This document shows, piece after piece, positions 9,044 to 18,785 of a stretch of DNA of 23,896 nt (position 1 is its first letter; every line of letters starts with the position of its first letter). Source of the DNA: a candidate division WOR-3 bacterium (GTDB lineage Bacteria > Hydrothermota > Hydrothermia > JBDRYB01); contig JBMFOM010000018.1 of NCBI GenBank assembly GCA_049969615.1, forward strand, positions 1 through 23,896. Direction: 5' to 3'. The position numbers and the translations under genes are program-made. Under the pieces are notes generated by a model. That model was not told the DNA's origin, did no database searches, and was given only the letters and a program-made list of their open reading frames with translations.

Positions 9044-10177
9044 TTGAGTAAGGTTTTTTTTCGCGTTCTACAGGTCTCGGATGTCTATTACCCGCATCCC
9101 GGAGGCATACCTGAGCACATCAAACACCTCTCGGACGGCCTCATAGCCAGGGGACATCAGGTTGAAATCCTCACCGCCAAGTTCCCAAAGAAGAACTTCT
9201 CTAGTTGGGAGGACCCACCCAATGTTATACGGGTTGGCAGGAGCGTCAAGATACCCGCCAACAAATCAATGAGCTCAATAACCGTTTCACCGAGGGTATC
9301 CAAAAGGGTCAAGGAAATAATCCAAGGAGGGAACTACGACATCGTCCACACCCACGGCCCTATTGCTCCGGTCTTGCCCCTGCTGGCAGTGAAACACGCG
9401 GAGTGCAAGGTTGTGTCCACTTTTCACGCCGCCCACGGGGAATCCCTCGGATACGAGATCTTCAGTGGCTATCTGAGAAAGTGGCATGACCGCATAGATG
9501 GCAGGATAGCGGTTTCAGAGGTTGCCAGGGAGACAGTGGCCCGGTATTTTCCGGGGGATTTCAGGATAATACCGAACGGGGTTGATGTGCGGAGGTTTAA
9601 CCCGGATAACCCGCCTCTCCCGCATCTGGGCCATGGAAAAAAAATACTCTTCGTCGGTAGGCTTGAACCCAGGAAGGGCGCGAAGTTCCTTTTCCGGGCA
9701 ATGCCGTTGGTCCTGAAGAGGTTTCCGGATGCGAAGCTAGTAGTGGTGGGATCAGGAATGACTACATGGTATAAGCGTTTCATAGATTCGTCCGTGAAGG
9801 ACAAGGTCATCTTTGAGGGTTTTGTGAATCCTGACCTGCTTCCCAGGTATTACACATCCGTGGATGTCTTCTGTTCTCCAGCCACCGGCGGGGAGAGCTT
9901 TGGAATAATCCTGCTTGAGGCAATGGCATCCGGCGTGCCAATAGTGGCTTCGGACATACCCGGCTACAGGTGTGTAATGGAGGATGGTCGGGAGGGATAT
10001 TTCGCTAGGCCAGAGGACCCGGAAAGCCTAGCGAACGCGCTCATTAGGGTTCTTTCTGACCCACACGCGAAGGAAATGGGAAAGAGGGGGATTGAAAAAG
10101 CAAGGGGATTTTACTCCTGGGAAAGGGTGGTCGGGATGGTTGAAGAGTTTTACAGAGAGGTAATGGCCAGGCCTTGA
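9044..10177 (+). CDS. GT4-family glycosyltransferase (PimA-like)
   Basis: PGGI..HI, DIVHTH, IIPNGVD, LFVGRLEPRKG and TGGESFGIILLEAMASG (GT4 ExFGxxxxE motif). TTG start. Confidence 0.88.
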   Translation: MSKVFFRVLQVSDVYYPHPGGIPEHIKHLSDGLIARGHQVEILTAKFPKKNFSSWEDPPNVIRVGRSVKIPANKSMSSITVSPRVSKRVKEIIQGGNYDIVHTHGPIAPVLPLLAVKHAECKVVSTFHAAHGESLGYEIFSGYLRKWHDRIDGRIAVSEVARETVARYFPGDFRIIPNGVDVRRFNPDNPPLPHLGHGKKILFVGRLEPRKGAKFLFRAMPLVLKRFPDAKLVVVGSGMTTWYKRFIDSSVKDKVIFEGFVNPDLLPRYYTSVDVFCSPATGGESFGIILLEAMASGVPIVASDIPGYRCVMEDGREGYFARPEDPESLANALIRVLSDPHAKEMGKRGIEKARGFYSWERVVGMVEEFYREVMARP

Positions 10178-11499
10178 AACCGAAAACCTCTTCCTTCACT
10201 GGTATTCTGAGATACAGGAATTTCACCATATTCTCGGTTGCCCAGATGATATCCCAGTTCGGCGACCGGCTGAACAACATGGCCTTGCTGGGTCTTATTG
10301 GAGCCAAGGCCGCGGGTTCGCCATTCGCTTTCTCCCAGATAGCCATTTTCGCCAGCCTGCCTGTTCTCGTGTTCGGTCCAGTGTCAGGCATCCTCGCTGA
10401 CAGGCTTAACCGGAAGTGGGTCCTGGTCGCGGTGGACGCGGCCCGAACCCTGATCGTCTTTCTGATACCGACCTTCTTTTATCTGACGGGGAATCTCCTC
10501 CTCGTCAACCTCGCCGTTTTCCTGATATTTCTCCTAGGACTCCTTTTTAACTCCGCGAAGATGAGTGTCTTGCCTCACCTCGTCAGCAACAAGGGCGAAT
10601 ATCTTACCGCAAACGCGGTCGCCAACTTTATCGGTCGCTTCGCCACATTCCTCGGTCTTTTGCTGGGTGGATTCATCGTGGACCTCTACATTTGGCATGA
10701 ACTGGGCTGGGACGGCTGGCGCGTCGGTTTCTACATAGATGCTTCCACATACCTCATCTCGGCTGTTTTTCTCTCGGCAATGTCCCTCCCGAGGTTCGCG
10801 GTTAAGCCCATGGAGCGCTCAGGTGATTCCAAGAAATCCAGAGGATTGGCTTCAATGCTCAGGGCCAGCTGGGGTGACATAAAATCAGCGGTCTCCCTGA
10901 TAAGGCGCCGGGCATTGATAAGATTGATTTATGGGGCTGTGGCTCTCGCCGTCTTTTACATGGGCGCCGCATACTCGCTGGACATCATGATCGCCCAACA
11001 GGTTTTCGGCTTCGGGACAAAGGGAACCGGCGTCATAGGCGGCGTGCTCGGAATAGGGCTTATACTTGGCTCGTTTTTCGTAGGCAAGTGGGGCAGGAGA
11101 TGGGGAGAGATGAGGCTCATGTTCTGGGCATTTCTCATCCTCGCAATACTGATGGGGCTTTCGGCCTTCACGGCCAACTTTTTGCTCTTCTGCCTCCTGA
11201 CCCTCGCGGCGGGGTTCCTGATGTCAGTCGTTTTTGTAATTCAGGATACCCTCTTTCACAGGATGGTCCCTCCAAGCCATAGGGGAAGGATATTCGCGGT
11301 AAAGGAACTCCTCTGGGCAGGAGGGTTCATGGTCTCCGCGGTCTTTCTTGGCGCGCTAGGTGAGTTCATGAAACTCTTCGTTAGTTACCACGCGGCCCTG
11401 CAATCACTGCTTGTCGCGTGTGCAATCGCTATATTAGCCGCGCTCTTTGCCTCGTTATTCTGGATAAGAAAAAAAGGGGCCAACCAACTGATAAAGTAG
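10174..11499 (+). CDS. MFS transporter (DHA3/MefA-like)
   Basis: About 12 hydrophobic segments, AQMISQFGD, motif A GILADRLNRKWVL and C-terminal VP...RGRIFA. Start overlaps the GT4 stop (TTGA). Confidence 0.88.
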   Translation: MKPKTSSFTGILRYRNFTIFSVAQMISQFGDRLNNMALLGLIGAKAAGSPFAFSQIAIFASLPVLVFGPVSGILADRLNRKWVLVAVDAARTLIVFLIPTFFYLTGNLLLVNLAVFLIFLLGLLFNSAKMSVLPHLVSNKGEYLTANAVANFIGRFATFLGLLLGGFIVDLYIWHELGWDGWRVGFYIDASTYLISAVFLSAMSLPRFAVKPMERSGDSKKSRGLASMLRASWGDIKSAVSLIRRRALIRLIYGAVALAVFYMGAAYSLDIMIAQQVFGFGTKGTGVIGGVLGIGLILGSFFVGKWGRRWGEMRLMFWAFLILAILMGLSAFTANFLLFCLLTLAAGFLMSVVFVIQDTLFHRMVPPSHRGRIFAVKELLWAGGFMVSAVFLGALGEFMKLFVSYHAALQSLLVACAIAILAALFASLFWIRKKGANQLIK

Positions 11500-11523
11500 T
11501 CATAATTTGCTAGTTTGAGCTAT

Positions 11524-11667
11524 GAGCGCCCTGTCCAAGAGAACATGGTTCTAGGAGAGGCCCCCTGAAAAATCCCTTCACGAGGGCATTTCCTCAGGGT
11601 TCTCTTCTGGCTATGATGAGGCTTTTGGATAGGGACCAAGGACAAACCGGGATTTTTCAGGGGTTTC
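11524..11667. repeat. 144-bp dispersed non-coding repeat, copy A, with a perfect 15-bp internal inverted repeat
   Basis: Ungapped 112/144 match (manual count) to the reverse complement of 19362-19505. CCCCTGAAAAATCCC (11562-11576) pairs with GGGATTTTTCAGGGG (11649-11663). Confidence 0.9.
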
Positions 11668-11680
11668 AGCCTGGAATATC

Positions 11681-12538
11681 CTACTGCCACCTGTATTCTA
11701 TTGCTGGAGAGAGTAGGCCCTTCAGATCACCAAGAACATCCTCTTCGCCATCATCGCCATACATGACAAGCCGAAGCAGGCTCGGCTTTTTGGTCTTCTT
11801 CATCAGCTTCGCCTCCTTCAGTCCGCCCATCTTTTTTGCAGTCTCAACCGCGTCGTGATAACTGCCCGTCCTGTCAACCAGGCCTAGCTCCGCGGCCTGT
11901 CTCCCGGTCAGTATCCTGCCGTCCGCAACAGCGAGAACCTTTTCCCTGGGGAGATTTCTGCCTGCCACCACCACATCCACGAACTGGCCGTATATGTCCT
12001 GGACAGCAGTGTCAAGGAGAGCCATCTCCGCCTCGGTCCTTTTCCGGAATGGAGAGGTTATGTCCTTGTGTTCCTCTGATTTAACCACCTCAACCTCTGC
12101 CCCTATTTTCTTCAGGGTGCCCTCTATGACCGGCAGGGTCATTATCACCCCTATTGAGCCGGTTATGGTTCCAGGGGAGGCTATTATGCTGTCGGCAGCG
12201 CATGATAGGTAGTACCCGCCTGACGCGGCAACCGCGCCCATATAGACCACTACGGGCTTTTTGTGTTCTTGGTGTGCTCTGAGAAGCGCTCTATATATCT
12301 CGTCAGCGGCCACAACTCCGCCTCCTGGGCTGTTGACCTTTACCAGGATTACCTTAACCCTGCCGTCCTCAGCGAGACGGTCTATCCACTCAACTGTTCT
12401 GTCCGGTTTCACCAGGGTTCCTTCTATCTCCACCAGGCCGATATAGCCGCCGCGGTCAAAAACAAGGCCAGCTGTTAGCGCGGCGATTGCAGCCGCTGTG
12501 AGGATTGCTCCTGCCACACAAAGGATCTTCTTTTTCAT
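11681..12538 (-). CDS. sppA: Signal peptide peptidase SppA (36K type, S49)
   Basis: VNSPGG, AASGGYY, TITGSIGV, KDITSPFR and DGRILTG.QA..LGLVD motifs. N-terminal membrane anchor. Confidence 0.93.
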   Translation of the reverse strand: MKKKILCVAGAILTAAAIAALTAGLVFDRGGYIGLVEIEGTLVKPDRTVEWIDRLAEDGRVKVILVKVNSPGGGVVAADEIYRALLRAHQEHKKPVVVYMGAVAASGGYYLSCAADSIIASPGTITGSIGVIMTLPVIEGTLKKIGAEVEVVKSEEHKDITSPFRKRTEAEMALLDTAVQDIYGQFVDVVVAGRNLPREKVLAVADGRILTGRQAAELGLVDRTGSYHDAVETAKKMGGLKEAKLMKKTKKPSLLRLVMYGDDGEEDVLGDLKGLLSPAIEYRWQ

Positions 12539-12544
12539 GCTTGC

Positions 12545-13105
12545 CTAGTCCCCTTTGGCAAAAAGCATGCCGGCCCTCAGGAAGGGATAGACATATCCGT
12601 AGTTCTCGTCAAAAATGTATCCGCCTCCTGTCTCAAGGAAGAGCCCGTTCCCCCATGAATATCCGCCGGATGTCTTGACCCCCATTGACCACTGGAGAGT
12701 TGGCTCGTTCTCGGTGACACCTGATAGGAGAAGGATGTGAAGGCCTGCGGATAGCTTGAGAAACCAGCGTGATTTGTGTGGTTGTGTTCCTATTCCTATC
12801 ATTATGGGGATTTCCTTTATGGAGACGTCCCTATTTCTCTTGACCCACTTATCGTGTTCGGAATCATACACACTATCCTTCAGGGTCGCTGGGTTTATGT
12901 GCATCTGGAAGCCAGATAAGAGGAACATCCTGGTTTCAAGAGGGGGAAGGAATATCCCGGTCTCGGTGCTGACGCCATAGGACATCCCGTCGTGGGATCC
13001 ACCAGTGAAAATGGCGCCGCCGCCGCAGAGCCAGAAGCCCGTGGGTTTATCGTCAGCGGAAAGTATCCCCATCAATATCAAAAGGGCAAAAGAAAGCTTT
13101 TTCAT
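12545..13105 (-). CDS. Hypothetical exported protein, possible outer-membrane beta-barrel
   Basis: Signal peptide MKKLSFALLILMGILSA. Gly/aromatic-rich alternating strands, including C-terminal PFLRAGMLF. Start at ATG 13105, 9 nt after TATACT (13120-13115). Confidence 0.6.
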   Translation of the reverse strand: MKKLSFALLILMGILSADDKPTGFWLCGGGAIFTGGSHDGMSYGVSTETGIFLPPLETRMFLLSGFQMHINPATLKDSVYDSEHDKWVKRNRDVSIKEIPIMIGIGTQPHKSRWFLKLSAGLHILLLSGVTENEPTLQWSMGVKTSGGYSWGNGLFLETGGGYIFDENYGYVYPFLRAGMLFAKGD

Positions 13106-13185
13106 CTGGCTACAAGTATAATCCCCCCCGCGGTGGCCTTTCAACAAAATGAGCTGGAGCCTTGCCCTGCTTTATAATGTTCCCA

Positions 13186-13923
13186 ATGAAGAGGTTTGTA
13201 CCTTTTGCGTTGACTCTGAGCTCCTGTGTGAGTGCTCCCACGGCCGAGGACGCCAAGATCCACTACCGACAGGGTTATCAGTATTTGAACATGGGTGAGG
13301 TCGCTAAGGCCAAGGAGGAATTCTCTAAAGCCATCAAGATAGATACGACATTTGCCGAGGCATATTGCAGGCTAGGATACATATATGCGGCCGAGGGGAA
13401 CCATGTTGATGCCATGGTCAACTACCGCAGGGCTATCTCTTTTAACCCTTCCTATGCTGACGCGCACTATTACTTTGCGCTCTCTCTTCTTGCCAGTGAG
13501 GATACTGCAAAGGCCCTTGAGGAGTTCCACGCGGCCGTGCAGGCTGACTCCAATCATATCCTGGCGAGGGAGGCGCTCGGTTCTTTCCTTCTCTCGGCCG
13601 GCAGATACGAGGATGCATATCCTCACTATCAGGCTTTGGCTAGGCTAAAATATCAGGACCTGAATGTGCAATATACATTTGCGGTGCTGGGCTATTATTC
13701 TGGCCACTACAGCGAAGCGCTAATACCGGCTCAGCGCGTTGTTGCCGCCGATGACAACAACCCCGAGGCCCACCTCCTGTTGGGGAGCATTCTGGTTCAA
13801 CTGGGCAGATACGGCGAGGCCGGCCTTGAACTGCAGAAGGCGGCCGAGCAGTTCAATGCTAGGGGAGACAACGAGAACGCCGCAAAGGCAAAGGGGATTC
13901 TGGACAAAATCAAGAACAAGTAA
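13186..13923 (+). CDS. Tetratricopeptide-repeat lipoprotein
   Basis: Lipobox LSSC after MKRFVPFALT. Several TPR units (AEAYCRLG, ADAHYY, PEAHLLLG). ATG 13186 lies 7 nt after TATAAT (13173-13178). Confidence 0.85.
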   Translation: MKRFVPFALTLSSCVSAPTAEDAKIHYRQGYQYLNMGEVAKAKEEFSKAIKIDTTFAEAYCRLGYIYAAEGNHVDAMVNYRRAISFNPSYADAHYYFALSLLASEDTAKALEEFHAAVQADSNHILAREALGSFLLSAGRYEDAYPHYQALARLKYQDLNVQYTFAVLGYYSGHYSEALIPAQRVVAADDNNPEAHLLLGSILVQLGRYGEAGLELQKAAEQFNARGDNENAAKAKGILDKIKNK

Positions 13924-13987
13924 AACCCCACCACTGGTTCCAGGATTTCAGTCCCGCGCCCGACCACCGTGTTCCGGTCCCCATACA

Positions 13988-14485
13988 TCAGAGCCGCCCC
14001 TCCAGCTTCAACAACCAGGCTTTTTTGTCAATCCCCCCGGCATAGCCAACAAGGGAACCCCCAGAGCCTATTACCCTGTGGCAGGGAACGACTATTGGCC
14101 ATGGGTTTGAACGCAGGATGGAACCTATGCCCCTGGGATGGGTTCCGGTTGCCCGGCCAAGCTCACGATATGTTATAACATTGCCGGGGCCAACCTCTCT
14201 TCTCAGATAATCATAGACCAACAGTGCCTTTTCAGAAACATGCCAAAAGGGGGTGGGTAGTCTGAACCAAGAAAAGTTCCACCTGCCTGAGCCAAAATAT
14301 TCCTCAATTGCCCTGACGAATCTTCTTGGTTCGCTTGGCAGATGCCTGGGGTCAACGCGAGGAATAAGCGGAGCATTCCAGCTGAATGAACGAATCTCGC
14401 CGCCTGCCAAGGTTATGCAGAACCCGCCCACCGGAGTACTGATAACGATGGCATGTGTTAGTATGTTGGGTTGTCCGTGTCTCAT
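13988..14485 (-). CDS. ogt: Methylated-DNA--protein-cysteine methyltransferase
   Basis: Active-site NPWPIVVPCHRV, G.VITY.ELG and GYAGG..KK.WLL.LE. Start overlaps the radA stop (ATGA). Confidence 0.9.
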   Translation of the reverse strand: MRHGQPNILTHAIVISTPVGGFCITLAGGEIRSFSWNAPLIPRVDPRHLPSEPRRFVRAIEEYFGSGRWNFSWFRLPTPFWHVSEKALLVYDYLRREVGPGNVITYRELGRATGTHPRGIGSILRSNPWPIVVPCHRVIGSGGSLVGYAGGIDKKAWLLKLEGRL

Positions 14486-15816
14486 TTCATAAGCTCCAAC
14501 GCTTCCCTCAGGGAAGAAACCCCGTTAATCTCAATTGCACTCAGATCCATGGCCTCCCCCCCTGGTATTAGGGCCCTCCTGAACCCCGCCCTTTTCGCCT
14601 CCATGAGGCGCTGGCGCAAACCCTTGACCGGCCTTATCTCTCCAACAAGACCTATCTCGCCGATGAAAACAGTTGCCCTGTCCACCGCAAATCCGTTGTT
14701 CGCAGAAGCAATGGCGACCGCTAGGGCGAGGTCAGCTCCTGGGTCATAGATCCTGAGGCCGCCGGCCACATTCACATAGACATCCTGGTTGCGTATCCTG
14801 ATGCCAGCGCGCTTCTCCAGAACAGCCAGGAGCATAGCGAACCTGCCGTAGTCGTAGCCCGTAGCCCTTCTCGTGGGCACTGGAAAGGGGTTGAATGAGA
14901 CCAGGGCCTGCAGTTCAACCATGAGTGGCCTTGCTCCTTCCATTACTGGCACGGCCGCAACCCCTGGGACAGGCGGCGCGGTCAGATCAACCAGGCTCAG
15001 GGATGATACCGGAACCAGGCCATTCTCGGTCATCTCAAAGAGGCCCGTCTCGTCAGTGGGACCGAAACGGTTCTTTGGGCTTCTCAGGACGCGGAGGGAA
15101 TGACCCTTCTCGCCCTCAAGATACAGCACCACATCAACCATGTGCTCAAGTGTGCGCGGGCCAGCGATTATTCCCTCCTTTGTCACATGGCCAACCAAGA
15201 AGACCGAGATTCCCTTCTCTTTTGCGAGCCTGAGAAAAACGCCGCCAGTCTCCCTTACTTGGGAAACCGAGCCAGGAGAGGAAGCGAGCGCCTCCATGAA
15301 AACGGTCTGGACAGAGTCAATGAATAGGGCCTGGGGACCAAAACCTTCCACGACCCTGATTATCTCCTCCACAACGACCTCGCCCGAAACATTGATGGTT
15401 TCCAGATCGAGGCCAAGGCGCCTTGCCCTCATCGCGAGCTGGCGCGGGGATTCCTCCGCGGAAACATAGAGGGTCTTTATGCCCCTCTTGCCCAGGGTTC
15501 CGGCAACCTCAAGGAGGAGAGTTGACTTTCCAACGCCAGGATCGCCACCAAGCAGTAGGAGGGAACCCCCAACTATGCCACCACCCAGGACCCTGTCCAC
15601 CTCAGGTATGCCGGATTCAAACCTTCCCTCTCCCTCCGGTGGAAGATCCGAGAGCCGTTCAACCCTCGCGGCCTTACCTGAACCTGATCTGGCGGCCTTT
15701 TTCTCCGTGACCTCCTCAACCAGGGTATTCCACTCCCCACAGGCCGGGCACCTTCCCATCCACTTCGACGAGACATAGCCGCAGGCCTGACAGACGAAAT
15801 GGGTCTTCTGTCTCAA
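14482..15816 (-). CDS. radA: DNA repair protein RadA/Sms
   Basis: C4 zinc finger CQACG...RCPACGEW, Walker A GDPGVGKS, KNRFG motif and Lon-like C-terminus. TTG start. Confidence 0.97.
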   Translation of the reverse strand: MRQKTHFVCQACGYVSSKWMGRCPACGEWNTLVEEVTEKKAARSGSGKAARVERLSDLPPEGEGRFESGIPEVDRVLGGGIVGGSLLLLGGDPGVGKSTLLLEVAGTLGKRGIKTLYVSAEESPRQLAMRARRLGLDLETINVSGEVVVEEIIRVVEGFGPQALFIDSVQTVFMEALASSPGSVSQVRETGGVFLRLAKEKGISVFLVGHVTKEGIIAGPRTLEHMVDVVLYLEGEKGHSLRVLRSPKNRFGPTDETGLFEMTENGLVPVSSLSLVDLTAPPVPGVAAVPVMEGARPLMVELQALVSFNPFPVPTRRATGYDYGRFAMLLAVLEKRAGIRIRNQDVYVNVAGGLRIYDPGADLALAVAIASANNGFAVDRATVFIGEIGLVGEIRPVKGLRQRLMEAKRAGFRRALIPGGEAMDLSAIEINGVSSLREALELMK

Positions 15817-16012
15817 GCTCAGATGATAATCCAGGCGGCTATCTTATAACCACCCTCAGAGAAATCAAGGTTCCTCACCCAGCTGTGCTCTCTTGGCCCT
15901 ATCCAAATCGGGGCAAGGGCCTGGTGGTTTCGGAGCAAAAATTGAGCTTCTTAAATTATGACAATGGCCGCAGGCATTCTGAGACCATCTGAGGAAAGGA
16001 TCAGCGCACCTC

Positions 16013-17980
16013 TCATCCCAGCGCATTTGCTACGATCTCGGATATGTCCCTGACCATCACATCCTCTTTGTTGGCGTCCTTGAGACCGTCCTCAAGCATG
16101 GTGGCGCAAAAAGGACAACCTGTGGCTATCAGGCTCGCGCCGGTCCCGAGCGCCTCGGCTGTGCGTTTCCTGTATATTTTTTCGCCCAGGTTCTCTTCCA
16201 TGAAGAACCTGCCTCCACCACCGCCACAACAGAGGGAGTATCGCCGCGTGTTTCTCATTTCCGCTATTTCACCAATTGCAGAGAGGATTGCCCTAGGTTC
16301 CTCGTAGCGGCCGGAGTGCCGTCCGAGATAACATGGGTCGTGATATGTAATCAGCTTTCCGTTCCGGACCGGCTTTATCCTTCCATCCTGTATCAGTTTG
16401 AGTATGAATGTAGCGTGGTCAACCACCGTTAACCTCGCTCCAAACTGCGGGTATTCGTTTCTCAGAGTGAAATAACAGTGAGGGCAAATGGTTATTATTT
16501 TTTTCACGCCCATCGCCAAAAAGCCCTCTGAGTTCTCCATGGTCAGCATCTGGAACAGATACTCGTTTCCCGTCCGCCTCGCCAGGTCTCCGTTGCACTT
16601 GAAGAGCGAACCGGATACCCCGAATTTTATCCCGGCAGACATGAGTATCTTGACCATTGCCTTTGCTATTTTCTGCCCTCGGGGATCAAGCGCACCAACG
16701 CAACCTTCCCAGAGCAGATACTCTGGATCCTCTGCCTGGTCAAACCTTACAGCGCCGGTTTCGGAGAACCATTCATCCCTCTTGCTTGCCTCAATTCCCC
16801 AGGGATTGCCATAAATTTCAAGGGCTTTATAGACCGGATTGAGTTCCGCCGGGTTCTGTCCGAGATCAAGGACGAGTCCCTGCCTGGCGTGCAAAACAAC
16901 CATCAATGGTTCGTTGCCCATCGGGCATATTTCCATGCACGCGGAGCAGGTGGTGCATGAGAAAACAGCCTCCTGGGTGAGGACTGCCTCGGTTATCGGT
17001 CTTTCGTAAGCCTTTTCCCACAAGAGAAACCTCGTGTTCTCAACAATTGATTTCGGCGAGAGGGGCTTGCTCGTTAGGTAGGCCGGGCAATTATCCTGAC
17101 ATCTTCCGCATTCTACGCAAGCGAAAGCATCCAGGAGGTTCTTCCAAGGAAGGTGACCCAGGTTTATGGCGCCAAATCGATCAGCATTCTCGTTTTCTAG
17201 GTCAAGTTTCTCCATCTTGCCGTGGGGTTCCATTTTCCTGAAAAAGAGGTTTATCGGTCCAAAGAAGAGGTGTACATGCTTGCAATGGGGCATGTAGAAA
17301 AGGAAGGTGATGAAGACACCTGTCCCTATCCACCATCCAATTTTTTCCCATGTGTGGGCACCGTGACCAGCAAATAGAGGTGCTATCAAGGAAGAGAATG
17401 GAAGGAAAATCCCTGAGAACCTTTCGGGTTCCCCTGCTACCCCAGCGCTGGTTTCTAGAAAATAAGAAGCCATGTGCAGGAATATGAGCGCGAATACTAT
17501 TATTGATTCAACCGTTGGCATGAACCTGGCCTTTGGGTGAACCAGAACACCGGCCTCCTCTGTGTCAACGCCAAGGCCCTTTGGCCTCAGAACGAACCTC
17601 CTGAAGGCAAGGGTTATCACGCCAAGCAGGGCCGCGAGCGCTGTTATGTCCAGCAATGTTGCCAGGTGCCTCAGACCAGGCAGGTCAACGAGGCCAGGGC
17701 CACCAAGGCCACCGGATATGCTGAACGCTACTGTGGCCACGAACGCGAAAAACGCCCAAGCTATGAACGCGTGCATGATGCCGGAGAATATTCTCCTGCC
17801 GCCTATGGAACAGGACTGTATGATCGGCGGCCAGATCGCGCCCCAGAGCCTGATAAGCGGTCTGTCGGTTCTCCTTACCGGCTCGCCCTTTCGGGCAGAT
17901 GACCACCTGAGCCATATTCCCCAGGCAAAGGCAATCGCCCCAAGAACAAGGAACATCAAAAAGATTATTCTCTCAATCAT
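16013..17980 (-). CDS. Membrane-bound Fe-S oxidoreductase (FadF/HdrD/GlpC-like)
   Basis: N-terminal TM region with His residues, two CxxCxxCxxxCP clusters (CVECGRCQDNCP and CTTCSACMEICP) and CCG domains (CPHC, YHDPCYLGR, CCGGGGG, CPFC). Confidence 0.9.
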   Translation of the reverse strand: MIERIIFLMFLVLGAIAFAWGIWLRWSSARKGEPVRRTDRPLIRLWGAIWPPIIQSCSIGGRRIFSGIMHAFIAWAFFAFVATVAFSISGGLGGPGLVDLPGLRHLATLLDITALAALLGVITLAFRRFVLRPKGLGVDTEEAGVLVHPKARFMPTVESIIVFALIFLHMASYFLETSAGVAGEPERFSGIFLPFSSLIAPLFAGHGAHTWEKIGWWIGTGVFITFLFYMPHCKHVHLFFGPINLFFRKMEPHGKMEKLDLENENADRFGAINLGHLPWKNLLDAFACVECGRCQDNCPAYLTSKPLSPKSIVENTRFLLWEKAYERPITEAVLTQEAVFSCTTCSACMEICPMGNEPLMVVLHARQGLVLDLGQNPAELNPVYKALEIYGNPWGIEASKRDEWFSETGAVRFDQAEDPEYLLWEGCVGALDPRGQKIAKAMVKILMSAGIKFGVSGSLFKCNGDLARRTGNEYLFQMLTMENSEGFLAMGVKKIITICPHCYFTLRNEYPQFGARLTVVDHATFILKLIQDGRIKPVRNGKLITYHDPCYLGRHSGRYEEPRAILSAIGEIAEMRNTRRYSLCCGGGGGRFFMEENLGEKIYRKRTAEALGTGASLIATGCPFCATMLEDGLKDANKEDVMVRDISEIVANALG

Positions 17981-18089
17981 AGGCCTAAAATTCTAAGGTT
18001 CATAACAGGGAATTTGCATTTAGCAAACGCTGTCCCCGAGCGGCTATTGAACCATATCCCTTACTGACTTTGGCTTGCCGGGATTCCTC

Positions 18090-18785
18090 TCAACACTGAA
18101 ATATATGCCTCTGGGCAACTGGACCTGTTTTCCATTCGACGAGCCTCCTCGCGGCATGGTAGTGCTCATAATCATCCGTTTTCCTCCCTGGGGAAGTCCC
18201 TTCCTCGCCTGCTTCCTCAAACGCGGACCCTGTCCTGTAGAAGAGCTTCACGCTGTCAATCGTGAAAAATGTAGTTGTGCGGTAATCAAGCCCGATGACC
18301 AATCTGTACTGTAGCCTGTCCCTAGACGCGACCGGCTCCGATGGCCTTCCGTCCCCGTTTATTCTGACCCACCTATCCCATAGTAGGCCACGGCCCGTCA
18401 TAGCCCAAGCCTCCACTCGCGTGCCGCCGGGGATGTTCCCGAATACCCTCATGGAATCAACGGAAGTTGGATGAGCGCCCGGAGTCGGCAATCCCTGACA
18501 TGAGCCAATGCCGCTGAGTGGCCCCGGCCCCCACAAGGAGATATACGAATTGAGACCTCTGATAGTGTCCAGTTCCTGGCCTATTATCCGGAGGCCGCCG
18601 TTTGCCGGCAAGTATAACCGGGAGCCCATCTCCCATGTCCGGAGGCTTTCGGCCCACCAGCTAGTCGCGCTATCCCCGCCTAGGTAGCAGTATCCCGCGC
18701 CATCTGAGAAATCAGAGTGAGATGATTCTGTCCAGACCCGTAAGTCCACCACACCCAACATTGCAGGGAGCACACACAGTAGCAT
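18090..18785 (-). CDS. Hypothetical secreted protein, likely degenerate, with a frameshifted C-terminal sorting domain
   Basis: Hydrophobic N-terminus. Start overlaps the upstream stop (TAATG). An alternative frame at 18118-18044 reads LPRGIYF... Confidence 0.5.
   Translation of the reverse strand: MLLCVLPAMLGVVDLRVWTESSHSDFSDGAGYCYLGGDSATSWWAESLRTWEMGSRLYLPANGGLRIIGQELDTIRGLNSYISLWGPGPLSGIGSCQGLPTPGAHPTSVDSMRVFGNIPGGTRVEAWAMTGRGLLWDRWVRINGDGRPSEPVASRDRLQYRLVIGLDYRTTTFFTIDSVKLFYRTGSAFEEAGEEGTSPGRKTDDYEHYHAARRLVEWKTGPVAQRHIFQC

Noticed and set aside
11613-11858. 81-aa ORF starting inside repeat copy A
   Set aside because: It overlaps sppA antisense, the equivalent frame in copy B diverges immediately outside the repeat, and it has no recognisable protein features.
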